Below are positions 1-13,747 of a stretch of DNA of 64,000 nt, piece after piece; positions within the stretch are counted from its first letter, which is position 1; every line of letters starts with the position of its first letter. The stretch lies in assembly GCF_009914755.1 (NCBI RefSeq), contig NC_060925.1, one strand, 5' to 3'. The notes beneath the pieces are model-generated. The model had not been told where the DNA came from, ran no database searches, and saw nothing but the letters and a program-made list of their open reading frames with translations. The translations under genes and the position numbers were made by a program. The stretch is from the human T2T-CHM13v2.0 reference genome, Homo sapiens.

Positions 1-1714
1 TTTTTGTTTTTGCCAGGATGGGGAGTAATAGGAGGAAGAATAAAATGCATTCAAGGCAGAGAAAACAGTAGGTACAGGAGGCACGTTAAGGGCCCTGTGG
101 AAGGTTTTCCTTGCTTTTCCTCCCTTCCTCATTTCCCATTCCATTCAAACCTTCCCCACCTTTGACGTGATGATTGAAATGCCACCACTTCCTTTGGTTG
201 AAGACTGTTGTTTATTCATACAGGGTGTAGACGCAATAAGGCAAGACAAGGCAGAGAGAGTGTTGGAGCCAGAACTGGAAGTACTAACATGTAGGTGGGT
301 TTGGTGGATGTTACAAGTGTAAGCAGGCAACAAGTCAAATCTATATAATTAATTCATCTACTAGCTTTTTAATTCAACAGACATGTATTTATTGTCGACT
401 ATGTGTTTAGCATTGTGTTAGCTCTTAGAAAATGAAATAAAAGTAATAAGTGGTCCTTGTACTTAGTTAAGGAGCTTATAGACTGGTAAAAATAGGCAGA
501 TCTGCATACAAGGGAGTGACAGCATGCTGTTGGAGGTGTTAGAGGTAAGAGCGACTGATTCACAGCAAGCACCCACTGCTGGGAGGAGGCAGGTTCATGG
601 ATATCGGAACAAGCAGGCCACAGGCTTTAAATGGGACACAGGAATGGTATCACAAGACAAATGGAGTTCTGCAGTCATGTCACAGGTGGTGTCTTCAGCT
701 TGCCCGTGTGTGCATAGTCCTGGCCTATAGCTGTGAATTAGGGCATGAAAATGTACCGAGACTCTAGTTAGGACACGTGGTTTTGGAGCCTGACATTTGA
801 AACTTCATGTTCAATAATATTAATGAGAGACAGAAACTGATTTTCTCTGAGTACAAATTTTACGTAGAAACATGTTAGTTTAGTAATCAGCACTGACCAA
901 AACTGAATCAACAATCTTAAAACAGTTGGCAAGACTTCTCTCACTTTTCTGGAAATCTATTCTCAGATTTCTTTTGATCTGGAGTACTCCTTGGGAGGCA
1001 CATTGAATGATTTGAACACACAGATAACAAAATACATCACTTCTTCCTTCTAGCTATGCCATGTGTTACATGGTCTCTGGACTTCAGTGAACTGCTGAAC
1101 TTCAGCTAATTGCATTTACCCCGTGTTCATCTCAAAATTCTTAGTAGTCATGGTAGCTCGGGGAAAGTCTGTTTAAAAATGTTTCTTTCCTAAGGCTCTG
1201 TCCAACTTCAATGAAAAATGATCAACTTATATTTCACCAGCTGTGAAAGAAGCTGTGTATGGAAGCTGAAGTTAACAAGCACCATAATTTGAATTTATCT
1301 CAGTGATAGTTTATGCCTTGTTCAAATTTGCCCCAAGGGAGCTGCCCAGCCAGCCCACCTTTTCATCTGGCCTTGCCTAAAAATAATTCCTACCTCTGAT
1401 GAAAGTAGAAACAAAGATTCTAGGGTGGTCTTCCCCTTACCCCCTGCGCAAGGGAAGGGGAGCCCATTGAGGTAGGTGAGTCACTTGAAACCTCAGTGTA
1501 TATGTGGCCAGTACAGGTCCCCCTTCCTTTGGAGTGGCTTTGACAGGCGAAGCTGGAGAAAGCCTGAGCACCTTGGAATTTTCTGGGGAGTGGAGAGGAG
1601 ACAGGATGGAGGGGCCAGTCATACACAGTGTCCCTGCTGGGACAGAAAAGCCAGGGTTTTCATCCCCATCATGCTTTCAGTTGGATGGAGACTAAAGACA
1701 ATAAGAACCTTAGG

Positions 1715-2156
<442 letters not shown>

Positions 2157-2413
2157 TCATGTGGAATGGACACAAAAACCTATGGTACCTTCTTTTGACT
2201 GCCCTTAATGAAGTCAGACTCTGACCCCAGGTTGATAAATCGCAGCGGTGCTGTAGGTGGTAAACACAGGCCGGGCCAGTGCTTATCTAACCACAGGCAC
2301 TAGGGCTGCAGCAAGAGGAGATAAGGCACTGTGATCAGACCACGATGTGCTATAATCAAAGGTTAAAAAAAACACACACACACCAAGATAACATAGAAGG
2401 AGGTAGAGAATTA

Positions 2414-3066
<653 letters not shown>

Positions 3067-3877
3067 TCAGTTCTGCACTAAAGAATATTTATCAAATGTC
3101 TGTTACAGGCCAACATCTGGAGAAAAACTGACTAAGACACAGTCCTTGTTCTCAAGAGGCTCCCCGCCTGGTAGGGGATAGCATAGGAACAGACCTGTTT
3201 CACACAGTGAGAAAGCCAGTGGGGAAGGCGAGGCATAGAGCACTCTAAGGATCAGAGCTGGAAAGAGATGTGCTTCTACTAACGCTAAATTTTGCTTCCA
3301 CTTTTACAATAAAAGCTTCTGTTTTCTTTTTTTCTCTAGGCTGTCAGGGAATTTAGGGATAAGTTTTATGGCTAGTAGTCTCCTCTTAGTTCTAGATTTC
3401 TGAGAATCCCATTCTCCCTACTCCATCACTCAGAGCTGATCCTACACGTGCCATTTTAATATGCTTTTAACATTTTCGGAAATAGCCAGGACATAGTGGA
3501 AAATAAATGAATACCTCCCAGAAGCATAAGAGCAATAAAGGCATTAGATAGAGCCCAGGATCCTTATTTATCAATTTTGTGGCTCTGCTAGGAAAACTCT
3601 TACAGGAAACTGAGCTGCTCAGAATTTTTTTTTTAAATCTATAGGTTTTTTGCAGAAATTTCTAGTGGTATTAGCTTTGTGAGTTGGAATTAAGAGTGGA
3701 GCTGGTCAGGTGGAGAATGCTGAGACAATGTTTTAAAGCATATTTATTACATAACTGAGATTGAGCAGAAATGTGAAGACAGCAGCTTGCCATATTTGGA
3801 GACGTCCTGCTTCTCTTCTACAGTGGGACCCAGCCATTCTTCTGTGTTGGCCCTCAGCATACTCTAAGCACCTTAAG

Positions 3878-3962
3878 GGCCAGGACCAATATTGTCTACC
3901 TGTAATCCCAGCATCTTGCACAGTGCCTAGCTTGTAGGAAGCACATATAATGAATGAATAAA
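3878..3962 (+). mobile_element. L2 3' end fragment
   Basis: CACAGTGCCTAGC...GAATGAATAAA, typical of the L2 terminus. Confidence 0.65.
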
Positions 3963-4789
3963 CATGACATATTTCTTCCAAGCTTTGGCCCTGAGCCACT
4001 AAGAATGATTATGGCACTGATTAAAACAGGGAAGCTAAAAGGAGGAGCAAATTGGGGGCAGCAATGGTTGATTTAGTTTATAAAATGTTGAGTTTGAGGT
4101 GAAGCTATCCAGGTGGAGATGTCCCTCATACTGAGAAATCTTATATGATCTCTATGTGCCTCTTTGCATTCTCATCTATTAAGAGGAGATGATGATAATA
4201 GAATATATCTCATGGGGTTATTGAGAAGACCAGATAGGACAAGCTAAGTAAGTTCTGGCTCATAGCCAACACTAATAAGCATAAGCTCAAATAAATAACT
4301 ACAGAGCCAGCTGTGATCCCTTCCTCTACTTACATTTCCTACACACTCAGTCAGGAAGTCTTATGAATTTTCCTGCAATATTTCTAGCATTAGTTGCCCA
4401 TTCCTTTTGCACTCCTTCCTCCTTTACAACCTCTTTGCTAACTTCAGAAAATTTCTCTTCAGTCCCTCCCATTCCCTCAGTCTCAGTGCTGCCAGCTGAC
4501 CTTCCCAGAGCCTGGCTCTGTCCCTCTCCCGTCCACTGCCACTCAGTCTTCAGCTTCCACTCATTTCTGCAGAAAGGCAAAACCAACAGGATGCACTGAG
4601 CACATAAAGACCAAGCTTCATCTGCTTCTCCCACCTGCAGTTCTAATGCCCATGAATTGTGCCCAATCTAGACTAAATACATTACTAGACCCTAGCAGCA
4701 TCAGCTGCACCACCGTCAAAAGCAGTCTTCCATTCTTCCATGACTCATTCATTCATGTATTCACTTGTGGTATTTGAGGTCATCCTGAG

Positions 4790-4960
4790 CTCTGGAGCCT
4801 CATAGGCCTGAATCTGACTCCTGGCTCTGCCCTTTTCTATCAGGCTGCTTAGCCTCTCTGAGCCTCAGTTTCCTCATCTTTAAAGATGAAGCAAGTAACA
4901 CCCTGAAGGAGTAGGTGGACGGGCTCTGCTCCATAGAAGGTGCTCCATAAATACTGGCAT
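4790..4960 (+). mobile_element. MIR fragment
   Basis: MIR core CTCTCTGAGCCTCAGTTTCCTCATCT. Confidence 0.75.
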
Positions 4961-5349
4961 TCTTCTTTCATGTCCTAAGTAGCTGGTCCTTCATGTGTCT
5001 CAGGCCTGCTGGGAATCCAGTCTTTCTCCTTCACTCTGTGTAGAAAGGGCGGGCAGCTGAGATGACAGTCAGCTACAGGCCCATGGTCATTGTCGCTCCA
5101 GGTGTTGGCAATTTATCTTGAGGGAATTCTAGAGGCAAAGCCCAGCCTTGACAACTGCCTCCCTGAAGAGTGCTGTCTTGTCCACTCCCCTCATTCTGAA
5201 AAAAGAAAATACTGGGGTGCAAAACATATTGTTTATCCTGGTAACAGAGTGAATCAATTCCACAATTTCCTATATTCCAAATCCAGCCCTGGTTTGGATG
5301 ATCAAATACCTTTCCCATTATAAAGGGCTTTCTCTCTTTTAAAAGTTTG

Positions 5350-5450
5350 TACAGACTAGGATCTACTTATTTTTGGCTTCCTGCCACCCAGAACAGTGCC
5401 TGGCACACAATAGGTGCTTGCTAAATATGTGTTAAGTGAGTGAATGAAGA
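5350..5450 (+). mobile_element. L2 3' end fragment
   Basis: AGAACAGTGCCTGGCACACAATAGGTGCT...TGAATGAA. Confidence 0.7.
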
Positions 5451-5725
5451 AATTGATTACACCCGTGCCAGAGAAGTAAGCCCTCTATAGGATTTCCATG
5501 GCTCCCTCCGAGGGAGGGCTCCCTGTCGTGCTGGTGGCAAGGAGCTTATAAGGCCTCGGTCAGTTCCATGAACTGGAATCAATAGGTGGATTTGAGTGCA
5601 ATAGCTTCTCATCAGACCTCTACATGAGGTCATCAGCGCACCACTGAAGCACTCCAATGGGAACATAAGAGCTCGGGTTCCCAATGCTGGACACTATTCT
5701 GATGAATGTCTGGTGGGCATTCATA

Positions 5726-5827
5726 AAGAAGAACTCAACTCACTTGAGAAACGGCTTTGTACGTGACATTTCAAGAAGAACTCAACTCACTTGAGAAACG
5801 GCTTTGGACATGATACTTTCAAGAAGA
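5726..5827. repeat. 47/48-bp tandem duplication
   Basis: 34 identical bp (AAGAAGAACTCAACTCACTTGAGAAACGGCTTTG) at 5726 and 5773; AAGAAGA recurs at 5821. Confidence 0.93.
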
Positions 5828-6601
5828 GAAAGCTTTTCCTTTGCAGAGATGTGACTCTAGTTGCAGGGGACAGCTAGTCATCATTGCCTGTCTTTTCCCA
5901 GACTCTATGGTGGCAGCCAGATGTCCCAGCCACATGCTGACTTTTCTGTCCTTCCTTTATTAAAAAACCCCAAAGAAACCAAGTGTCCAGATGGCCAGAC
6001 TGCAAGGCTTTTTGATGATCATATCTCTCGGTTGGGACATGACTAAAACACATTTCTAAATAGAGTACAAACCCTCAGGAAAAGCTGACCCCAGAGATAC
6101 GGAATACTTCTCTTGGCTGGCAAGTTGAGTGCCGACTCTTGGGGCCCATGTTCTCTTCCAGTCCTGACTTCCTTCCTTAGGAAGCCTGGTGGAGCCCGTC
6201 TGCACCCTCCCTGGTAGGCTTGCTGATGATATTCCAACACCCCTGAAACACACACTCAGTAAAATGCATCTGAACTAATTCAGAACAAAGAGAGAACTGC
6301 AGTCCCGATGTTTCAGGCTTCCCTGGGGACCACCTGTCCCAGAGCCAGGGCTGACTGAGAATGCAGTGCTGGGCAGAAGCTGGTTCTGACGACAGTACAT
6401 GTAAGCCCCACACTCCTTCCAGGGCTGTGACTCAACTCAGCAGCAGCAGCCATGGCTCAAGGGCAGCATTAGCTCAACTCTGACTACCACCAGCTTACCC
6501 TTCCTCTGAGCCCATGCCCAAGCCCTGTGCGAATGGCATCAACACCCTGAGTGCTGTAGGGGAGTAGCACCTGTCCTGAAGCTGATAGTGCCCATGGGCC
6601 A

Positions 6602-6855
6602 TTTTTTTTTTTTTTGAGACAAAGTCTCACTCTGCTGCCCAGGCTGGAATACAGTGGCACAGTCACAGCGCTTGAACTCCTGGGCTCAAGTGATACTCCT
6701 GCCGCAGACTCCTGAGGCCATCACTCCCAGTTATGTTTTTTCTCTTTTGTTGAAACAGGATTTCACTATGTTGCCCAGGCTATTAAACTCCTGGCCTCAA
6801 GCAGTCCTCCCACCTTGGCCTCCCAAAGGGCTGGGAATACAGGTGTGAGCCATCA
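6602..6855 (-). mobile_element. AluJ with internal deletions
   Basis: Poly-T, then both arms in reverse with CTGGGCTCAAG and CTGGCCTCAAGC J-type positions; shorter than 282 bp. Confidence 0.88.
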
Positions 6856-7374
6856 GAGGAAAGTTGCTCAGCTCTGTAAGACCTCCCCTACCCAGATATC
6901 ATATGCCTAACATTCCTTCATTATAATTCATTCTTTGAATTCTTCCCTGCCCTCTTTCCAGACTAAATGCCAATAGGAGCTTATGATTCCAGGATGAATT
7001 CATAGTATATTTCTACTTGAACAGAAAAGATCAAGAGCAACTTCGGGTGGTACTTCAAAGCCCTTCACACACAATGAGGCCTTCTTAATTTCAAACCTGT
7101 CAGGACCAGCCCTTCTTATGGTTAAAAACGGCATTCACTTTTCCAAAAAGACTCCGAGTTAATGCGTGAAGGTCATTCACTGCACGGCTTCTTCGGGCCA
7201 AGGCTCATTCGGAAGAAAGCATTGACTCACAGTTGGAGAAATCTGACCTCTGAGATGGTCATTCCCTTAGCAGAGATGGGGTTCTGGTCTGCACTTTCAC
7301 TCTTTTCTCTTAGATGAACATCCAGTTTTGTTTTGTTTCATTTTCTCTTGAGCAAAAGAGGGCAGAGTCCACTA

Positions 7375-7872
7375 CAGTTAGAGCTCTGTTCAATATCCGT
7401 GGGTTCTTCATCCATGGATTCAGCAAACCTCAGATTAAAAATATTCAATAGGCTGGGTGTGGTACTCCCTCCTGTAATCCTAGCACTTTGGGAGGCTGAG
7501 GCAGGAGGATCACTTGAGGCTCAGAGTTCAAGACCAGCCCTGGTGACATAGCAAGACCCTGTGTCTACAAAAAAGAAAGAAAGGCAAAAAAAAAAAAATT
7601 GGAAATAAAAAAGGATGCTAAGCATACACGGACTCTTAGGCATTTTTCTTGTCATCATTCCCTAAACAGCACAGTATAATAACTATTTACATAGCATTTA
7701 CATTGTACTGGGTATTATAACTAATCTAGAGATGATTTAAAGTTTATGGGAGGATGCGTGTAGGTTACATGCAAATACTGCATCATTTTACATAAGGGAC
7801 TTGAGTGTCTGTGGATTCTAATATCCTCGGGGGATCGCAGGTCCAATCCCCATGGATACCGAGGGGGAACTG
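7375..7872 (+). mobile_element. MER2 (TcMar-Tigger non-autonomous), interrupted by an Alu monomer
   Basis: TA|CAGTT...TATCCGTGGG start, CCCATGGATACCGAGGG..AACTG end, internal TATTTACATAGCATTTACATTGTA..AATCTAGAGATGATTTAAAG. Confidence 0.85.
7451..7598 (+). mobile_element. Free left Alu monomer (FLAM-C-like) nested in MER2
   Basis: Single Alu left arm followed by an A-rich tail; MER2 resumes after it. Confidence 0.85.
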
Positions 7873-8841
7873 CATGTCACTCATTGATTCCTGAACACCC
7901 CAGCTGCTTCCAGGCCTTTGGCACTTTCTCACCTCTGTGCCTTTGCTCATTATTCCTTGGCTCTGTCACTTCCCCAGTATGTTTTTAAGCTGCCTTACAG
8001 AGAGAGGAGGAAATCCAGCCAGTTTCTGAAAATCAAGACCAAACCAGAAACCCCAAATCATCCATCAGAATTGGGTCCGGCTGCCCTCTCTCCTTATCCA
8101 CTCAACTTCCTCCCTACATATTTATCTCCTATGCTTTGTTTTTCCTGAGCAGTTTGTAATTTGGGATTCAGTCTCATTACTTGAAGTTCGTTACCTCTCT
8201 CACTAGCTCTTACTTCCATGTAGATGTCTTGGAATTGACACAGAGTCCTCTTTGCCTCTCAGGCTGGTTTTGTTAGTCACCAGTAATGACCTGTTACTAA
8301 ATGCCAGCACACCTCATTTTCTGACTTACTATGCCCTTTTGGGCAACTGGTAAACCAACATTCTCTTCTTTCATATCTTAAAATTCTATCCATCTTTCAA
8401 AGACAAATTCAGCTTCTATGCATAACCGAATCTTGCTTTTCCATCTCAGCAGTTTGTTTATGTTTCTATTACATAATTTATCCCTGTGCAAACAGTATAA
8501 TTGGCTCCTTAAAATTTACCCTAGATTTGAGTCTCTTTGAGGGGAGAGTTTTATTTGCTTTTTTTCTTTCTAGCAGCCTTTACTATGCCTGGGATCTGAA
8601 GGCTTTCTTGGAAAATGACCATGGAGATCGAGCAGAGGAATCTCTGAGCAGGAGATTGAGAAATATACTTGGATTTTCTCATTTTTAAAAAGTTTCTAAC
8701 GTTTTGTAATATGGGTATCTGCAAAAACTCTATTTTCATTTGGAATGAGAGTCGGAAGTACTGAGTTTAAAATCCCAGCTCTTGCTACTCTAACGGCAAG
8801 CATATTTAGGTTTTACTTTTCTCATCTTTTAACAGACTGGA

Positions 8842-8844
<3 letters not shown>

Positions 8845-8890
<46 letters not shown>

Positions 8891-8902
8891 TTGTGTGTGT
8901 GT
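8845..8902. repeat. (TG)n microsatellite with two TT interruptions
   Basis: Visible directly; follows a degenerate MIR at about 8740-8840. Confidence 0.95.
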
Positions 8903-10773
8903 TCATTGTTTCCCAATATATAATGGTGATCTGAGAATCTTTAAATCTTCAGGCAGTATCACCCTACTGACTATCAACATGGAAGCTCACAGAACTCTGC
9001 ACTCCTCTCTTCAGGCAGGAATATATATTCCCCTGCACATCTCTCTGGATGGAAATGAATGTTAATCAATATAAAGGAAATTATTATCTTGGTTGATTTC
9101 AAGTTGTCCACCATACGTCTCTGCAGGCTAGAATCTTCTACAAAGGAAAATCTGCTCAGTTGATAATTGCCAGGTTCTACTCACCTCATCCACAGAACAA
9201 AACGAGTGATATTTTATATATGCATTTCATGTATCTTCCATGTATGAATTATGCCAATTTAATAGTCAATTAGCTCCAAAAAGTGGTGATTAATTTTGCT
9301 ACAAATAGTGGTGAGCTTTTGTCTCTCAGGTGGTAAAAGGCTCAAGAATCTAGAATGCCAGCAAATGTGTTATTATTTTAAATAGCTAACCACATACTAA
9401 CCATCAGTAGACTAATGACTTTTGTGCAGTATTTCTCAACATCTGGTCCATGGAACGCGAGTCTCTCAAAACCATTCTCAGAGAACAGGACTCTATTGTC
9501 GAATTAGTTTGGAAAATGCTGAATATTGACTCTTCACTCTAGAAAAATCTCAGTGAATGGATATTAAATATGTATATTAGGTTTATATTGAAGGCTGAAC
9601 ATTCCTGAGGAAAAGAAATTGAGTTTATTTTGTATAATCTGGTATTTTCCAAGCTTGGTTAGCACACATAGTGCATTACCATCCCAGGGAACTAGTTCCT
9701 CTTAGGACATATGTTGGCAACTGTTGCCCTTGAGAATATCCTCTTAGAAGTTTATGGAACTCCACACCTCTCTTCAGTAGGCAAGGCGTGTTTATTACTA
9801 CAGTATAAGATAATAGCTCATGACAGATAAGCTCCCAAGAGCAGACAAATCGATTGGTTCAAGTTTGGCTTTTTTTTTTTTTTTTCAAATTAAAACGGCC
9901 CAAACCCTGAGCAGCAGCACTTATTCAATCTGCTTCCAATTTGCACATTCTAAATACAATCTGGCTTTCAGGTAAGAGGAAGATAAAATTGTTTTTTTTC
10001 CGCAGAAATCTGCCTTTTATAAATGGCTTTAATTTTCTGGCTCCAGATAAATCAGAAGTATCCTGAGAATAATGCTCTTTTGAGTATTTTGGGTTTTCTT
10101 TCACCACAGTCTCTTAAAAAAACTCGCGAGATTTGACTCCCAAATTGACAGAATCAAGTTGGCTTAAATCCATCTGTTCAGTCCTAATTCCAACATGGGA
10201 AAAGAGAATTGAGGAGAACAGAAGTTCTGAATAACATCTGGGTATTAGAAAAACAAAGAGGAGGTAGGATTTAACTACCCGATGAGGAATTGATGTAGCA
10301 CGCCCTGCCGCAGGAAATGGCGCATTTTGGTCACTTCCACTCAGGGCAGAATGGGGTGGGGAAGGTGAGGAAGTCACACTCAGCTACCAAAGGAGGGCCG
10401 GCCCCCGTCTACTCAGCAGCAAAGTGGGAAAGCAAAAAGACTTTCTTTTCAGCATGCTTTTCTCGGACAACCCTTCTATGTCTTGTAACTCAGAAATTCC
10501 TCCCACAATCTCTCTCCCCGCAGTCAGTTGTCCATGTCCTTTCTCACTTCTCCCTTTCTTAATCAAAACCAGCTTTCAGAAAAAGTTATTTCTAACCAAG
10601 GCATAACTGTGTAATGATGTTGACAATGTTTTCCTTCCCAGAAGTCTTTGAATACTAATAAGGATAAAATGTCTCCTGTAATTTCTTGTCTGGTCAAAGT
10701 CTAGTCCCATCCCAGCAGTTTACCATGAGAACCCAGCCATCTTCAGATGACCTGCCTCTCCCTGCAATATTGG

Positions 10774-10861
10774 CTTCTTTTCTTTTCTTTTCTTTCTTCT
10801 CTTTTCTCTTCCTTCCTTCCTTCCTTCCTTCCCTCCCTCCCTCCCTCCCTCCCTCCCTCCC

Positions 10862-10913
<52 letters not shown>

Positions 10914-10942
10914 TTTTTCTTTCTTTCTTTCTTTCTTTTTTT
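10774..10942. repeat. Compound pyrimidine-only STR (CCTT)n(CCCT)n(CTTT)n
   Basis: 169 nt containing only C and T; expanded tail of the adjacent antisense AluJ. Confidence 0.95.
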
Positions 10943-11223
10943 GAATCAGGGTTTCTCTCTATTGCCCAGGCTGGAGTGCAGTGGTGTGATCACAGTTCAC
11001 TACAGCCTCGACCTCCTGGGCTCTAGTGATCTTCCTGCCTCAGCCTCCCAAGTAGCTGGGATTATAGGGATGAGCCATCATGCCTTGCTATTTTTAATTT
11101 TTTTTAGAGATCAGGGTCTTGCCATGTTGCCCAGGCTGATCCTGAACTCCTGACTTCAAGCGGTCCTCCCACCTTGGCTTCCTAAAGTGATAAGAATACA
11201 GGCGTGCGCTACCATGCCCACCC
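10930..11223 (-). mobile_element. AluJ
   Basis: Reverse dimeric Alu with CACTACAGCCTCGACCTCCTGGGCTC J-type right arm. Confidence 0.92.
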
Positions 11224-11259
11224 AAAAATAACTTTTAGTAAGAGTTGCCATATATTACT

Positions 11260-11460
11260 TTCTTTCTATGTGGCAGGCACCATATTGAGTTTTCTGTTAT
11301 TTATTTAATTTCCTCAACAACTTACCAGGTTGAATAGCAGCTTCATTTTAGAAATGAAGAAAAAGCCCTGAGAGAAGTGAAATATTTTTTTCCCAAGTTG
11401 ACTGATGACAGAGCTAGAATTTGAATCGAGATGTTTCAAATCCCAAGCATGTGCACCTGA
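11260..11460 (-). mobile_element. MIR fragment
   Basis: TGTGGCAGGCAC...CTCAACAAC...CATTTTAGAAATGAAGAAA...GAGCTAGAATTTGAA. Confidence 0.7.
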
Positions 11461-12244
11461 TGACTCTGCACACTTTCTGCCAGAAGCTCCGCCTGGATGG
11501 GGATCAGCAGTTCTCACCCCGCAGCTGCAGCGAGTGGTGAATGACTGCAGGCCCCAATCCCTCTCACCTGCCCATGGGTAAGCCTCTCAGACCCTCTTCT
11601 TCCCAGGTCTTCTAAATATACAGGATTACTAGCAACTCTCATCACTGCGCTCTACCCTGGAATCCCTTCATCCCTGGTCCCCTTTCCTAGATTGACATTC
11701 CTGCTTCTGAACACCCACTTCCTAACACATTATATGAGCCCTTCTTTTCCTCATAAGCCCCTTCTGCCACATTCATCCCTTGACTAGGGGGATGTAATAG
11801 GAACATATATTTTTAGTAGGGGTTGTCTCGGTGTTTCCTGAAATCAAATTATACATGTGTAAATGTGTGAATCAATAAATATATATATACACATAAATAT
11901 AAATCTGTATATATGTCTATAAATACACACGCACACAATATATTATATATGCCACCTAATGGTTACTGAATAGAACTGTCCTTGCCATTCTGCTACCTTG
12001 AACCTCATTCAAGTGATACTTCCTGGAGAATGAGGAAATGTTGGCTGACATGAACATCCCAAGCTTCTGTTTCTCATCAACAGTGTGCAACCGATTTCTG
12101 AACAGTTAAGTATCTGGGTGAAAACTATTTCTGCCCAAGGGCAGTCAATGTGAAGAAGTTGATTCAGCCACTTTACCTCTCAACAAATTTAGCATCCAAC
12201 AAATACTTATAGAATACCCATGTAAGAGGCACCATGATGGGCAT

Positions 12245-12747
12245 TGTCAACCAAAAAGTGATTGAGGCAGGTGTCAATCCATAGAGGTTTATTTTGTCAA
12301 GGTCGAGGACATGCCTGGGAAAAAACACCAGTTGCAGGGACATATGTGACCTGTGATTTTTCCAAAGGGTTTAGGAACTTCTGTATTTAAAGAGGAAAGA
12401 GGAAGCAGGAGGGGAAAAAAGAGGGTAGGCAGTGAGGTAGGTGTTACATTCTAGTGAGGCTCTGATGAGCCTTAGTAAACTACATTTTACATGTGAAATG
12501 AGAGTGTAGATGAAAAAGTCAATGATGCCTGGTCTCATGCTCAGTAAATCTACATTTCGTTTAAGATTAAGTATTATAGACATGAGAAAAGAGGGAGTAG
12601 AGGAAATGAGGCTATGATATGGGGTTGTGAAATTACAGCTATCTGCTCCAGAACAAAAGGAAGGCAGGATTTGTGACTCGGTTCCCAACCTTAACTTTCC
12701 CTTTGGCATGGTGAGTGTGGGGTCCCGAGATTCTATTTTCTTTCACA
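12245..12747 (-). mobile_element. ERV1 solo LTR, MER4 group
   Basis: TG...CA ends; minus strand starts TGTGAAAGAAAATAGAATCTCGGGACCCCA..CCAAAGGGAAAGTTAAG; 4-bp TSD GCAT/GCAC; splits an L2 3' end (about 12180-12800). Confidence 0.85.
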
Positions 12748-13747
12748 GCACTGGGAATGAGAAGTTGAAAAGATGTGCGTCTACCCTCATGGGGCCCATC
12801 TTCATAGAAAAACAAAGGGGCAAACATCCAATGGAATAAAAATATTGCTACCATGCCCTCATGGACAAAGGGCTCTAGAAGCAGAGAAGACTATTTCTTG
12901 TTTATGAGACGAAGTTGTTTCTTTTTAAATCCATAAATGTTTGGTGTCCTTAACCAGATTCAAAGTCCTTGAAGAGAAAAAAAATCAATTTTTTGTTCTC
13001 TCTTGCCCCATGTTAGCATTTAGTAGAGCCATCTCCCTACAGCCAAGATTTGAGTTGTGAGGCAGGTTGCTTGTGTTGCATAAGGAACAACTGAGATGCC
13101 TCACAGAGGTGCCCTAAGGACAAGCTAATAGAAATGAGGCCAAAGTGTTTTGTTAGTAGAAAGTTTAAGAGAGCTGCAGAAACACTTCACCGTGACCTAA
13201 CGAAGGGAAAAAAAGAATGCAGGAGAGAGAGCAAGACCTGCAGAACAGCTTGCAGATCACAGAAGCATCTTCTGTCTGACAAAATATGAAGGTCCACATG
13301 AGGCAATGGCCACATCACCCAGTGACCAGGGAGCCTTGAGGAAAACAGGGGGGAAATGGACTTCAGAAGGAAGCCCTGCCCCTGGCTAAAGAAGGCTGAG
13401 GAGGCTTGGTTCACATTGCCGGTGATTTCAATTTCTGATCCTCAAGGCACGAGGATGCCCAGGCAGAGCTTTGCTCATGGCACCATTAGGAGAGAGAGGA
13501 GAGCACTTTGCCTGGGAGGCATTCACCTGGTTCCCCCGCAAAGCAAAGAGTGCAAAGATACAACCATGCAAATCACCTCGGGGTGTCTGGATGACTCTGC
13601 TTGGCAGTCGGCTTCCTCAAATTATGTCTCCACTTCTGCTACTCCTCACACAAGTCTACAGCATGTCCTTACGGAACCTTAACTGATGATGCCTAGATTG
13701 GGTGGGATTGTTGATAATGTCGAATAAAAGGGAGATGATGTCACTAG

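Noticed and set aside
5726-5827. CRISPR-like 34-bp repeats with short spacers
   Set aside because: Only two units, the 'spacers' resemble each other, the context is mammalian and there are no cas genes.
8745-9065. 106-aa ORF with a CV repeat
   Set aside because: Translation of a MIR remnant plus the (TG)n microsatellite.
10686-11153. 155-aa hydrophobic ORF
   Set aside because: Pyrimidine STR plus antisense AluJ read-through.
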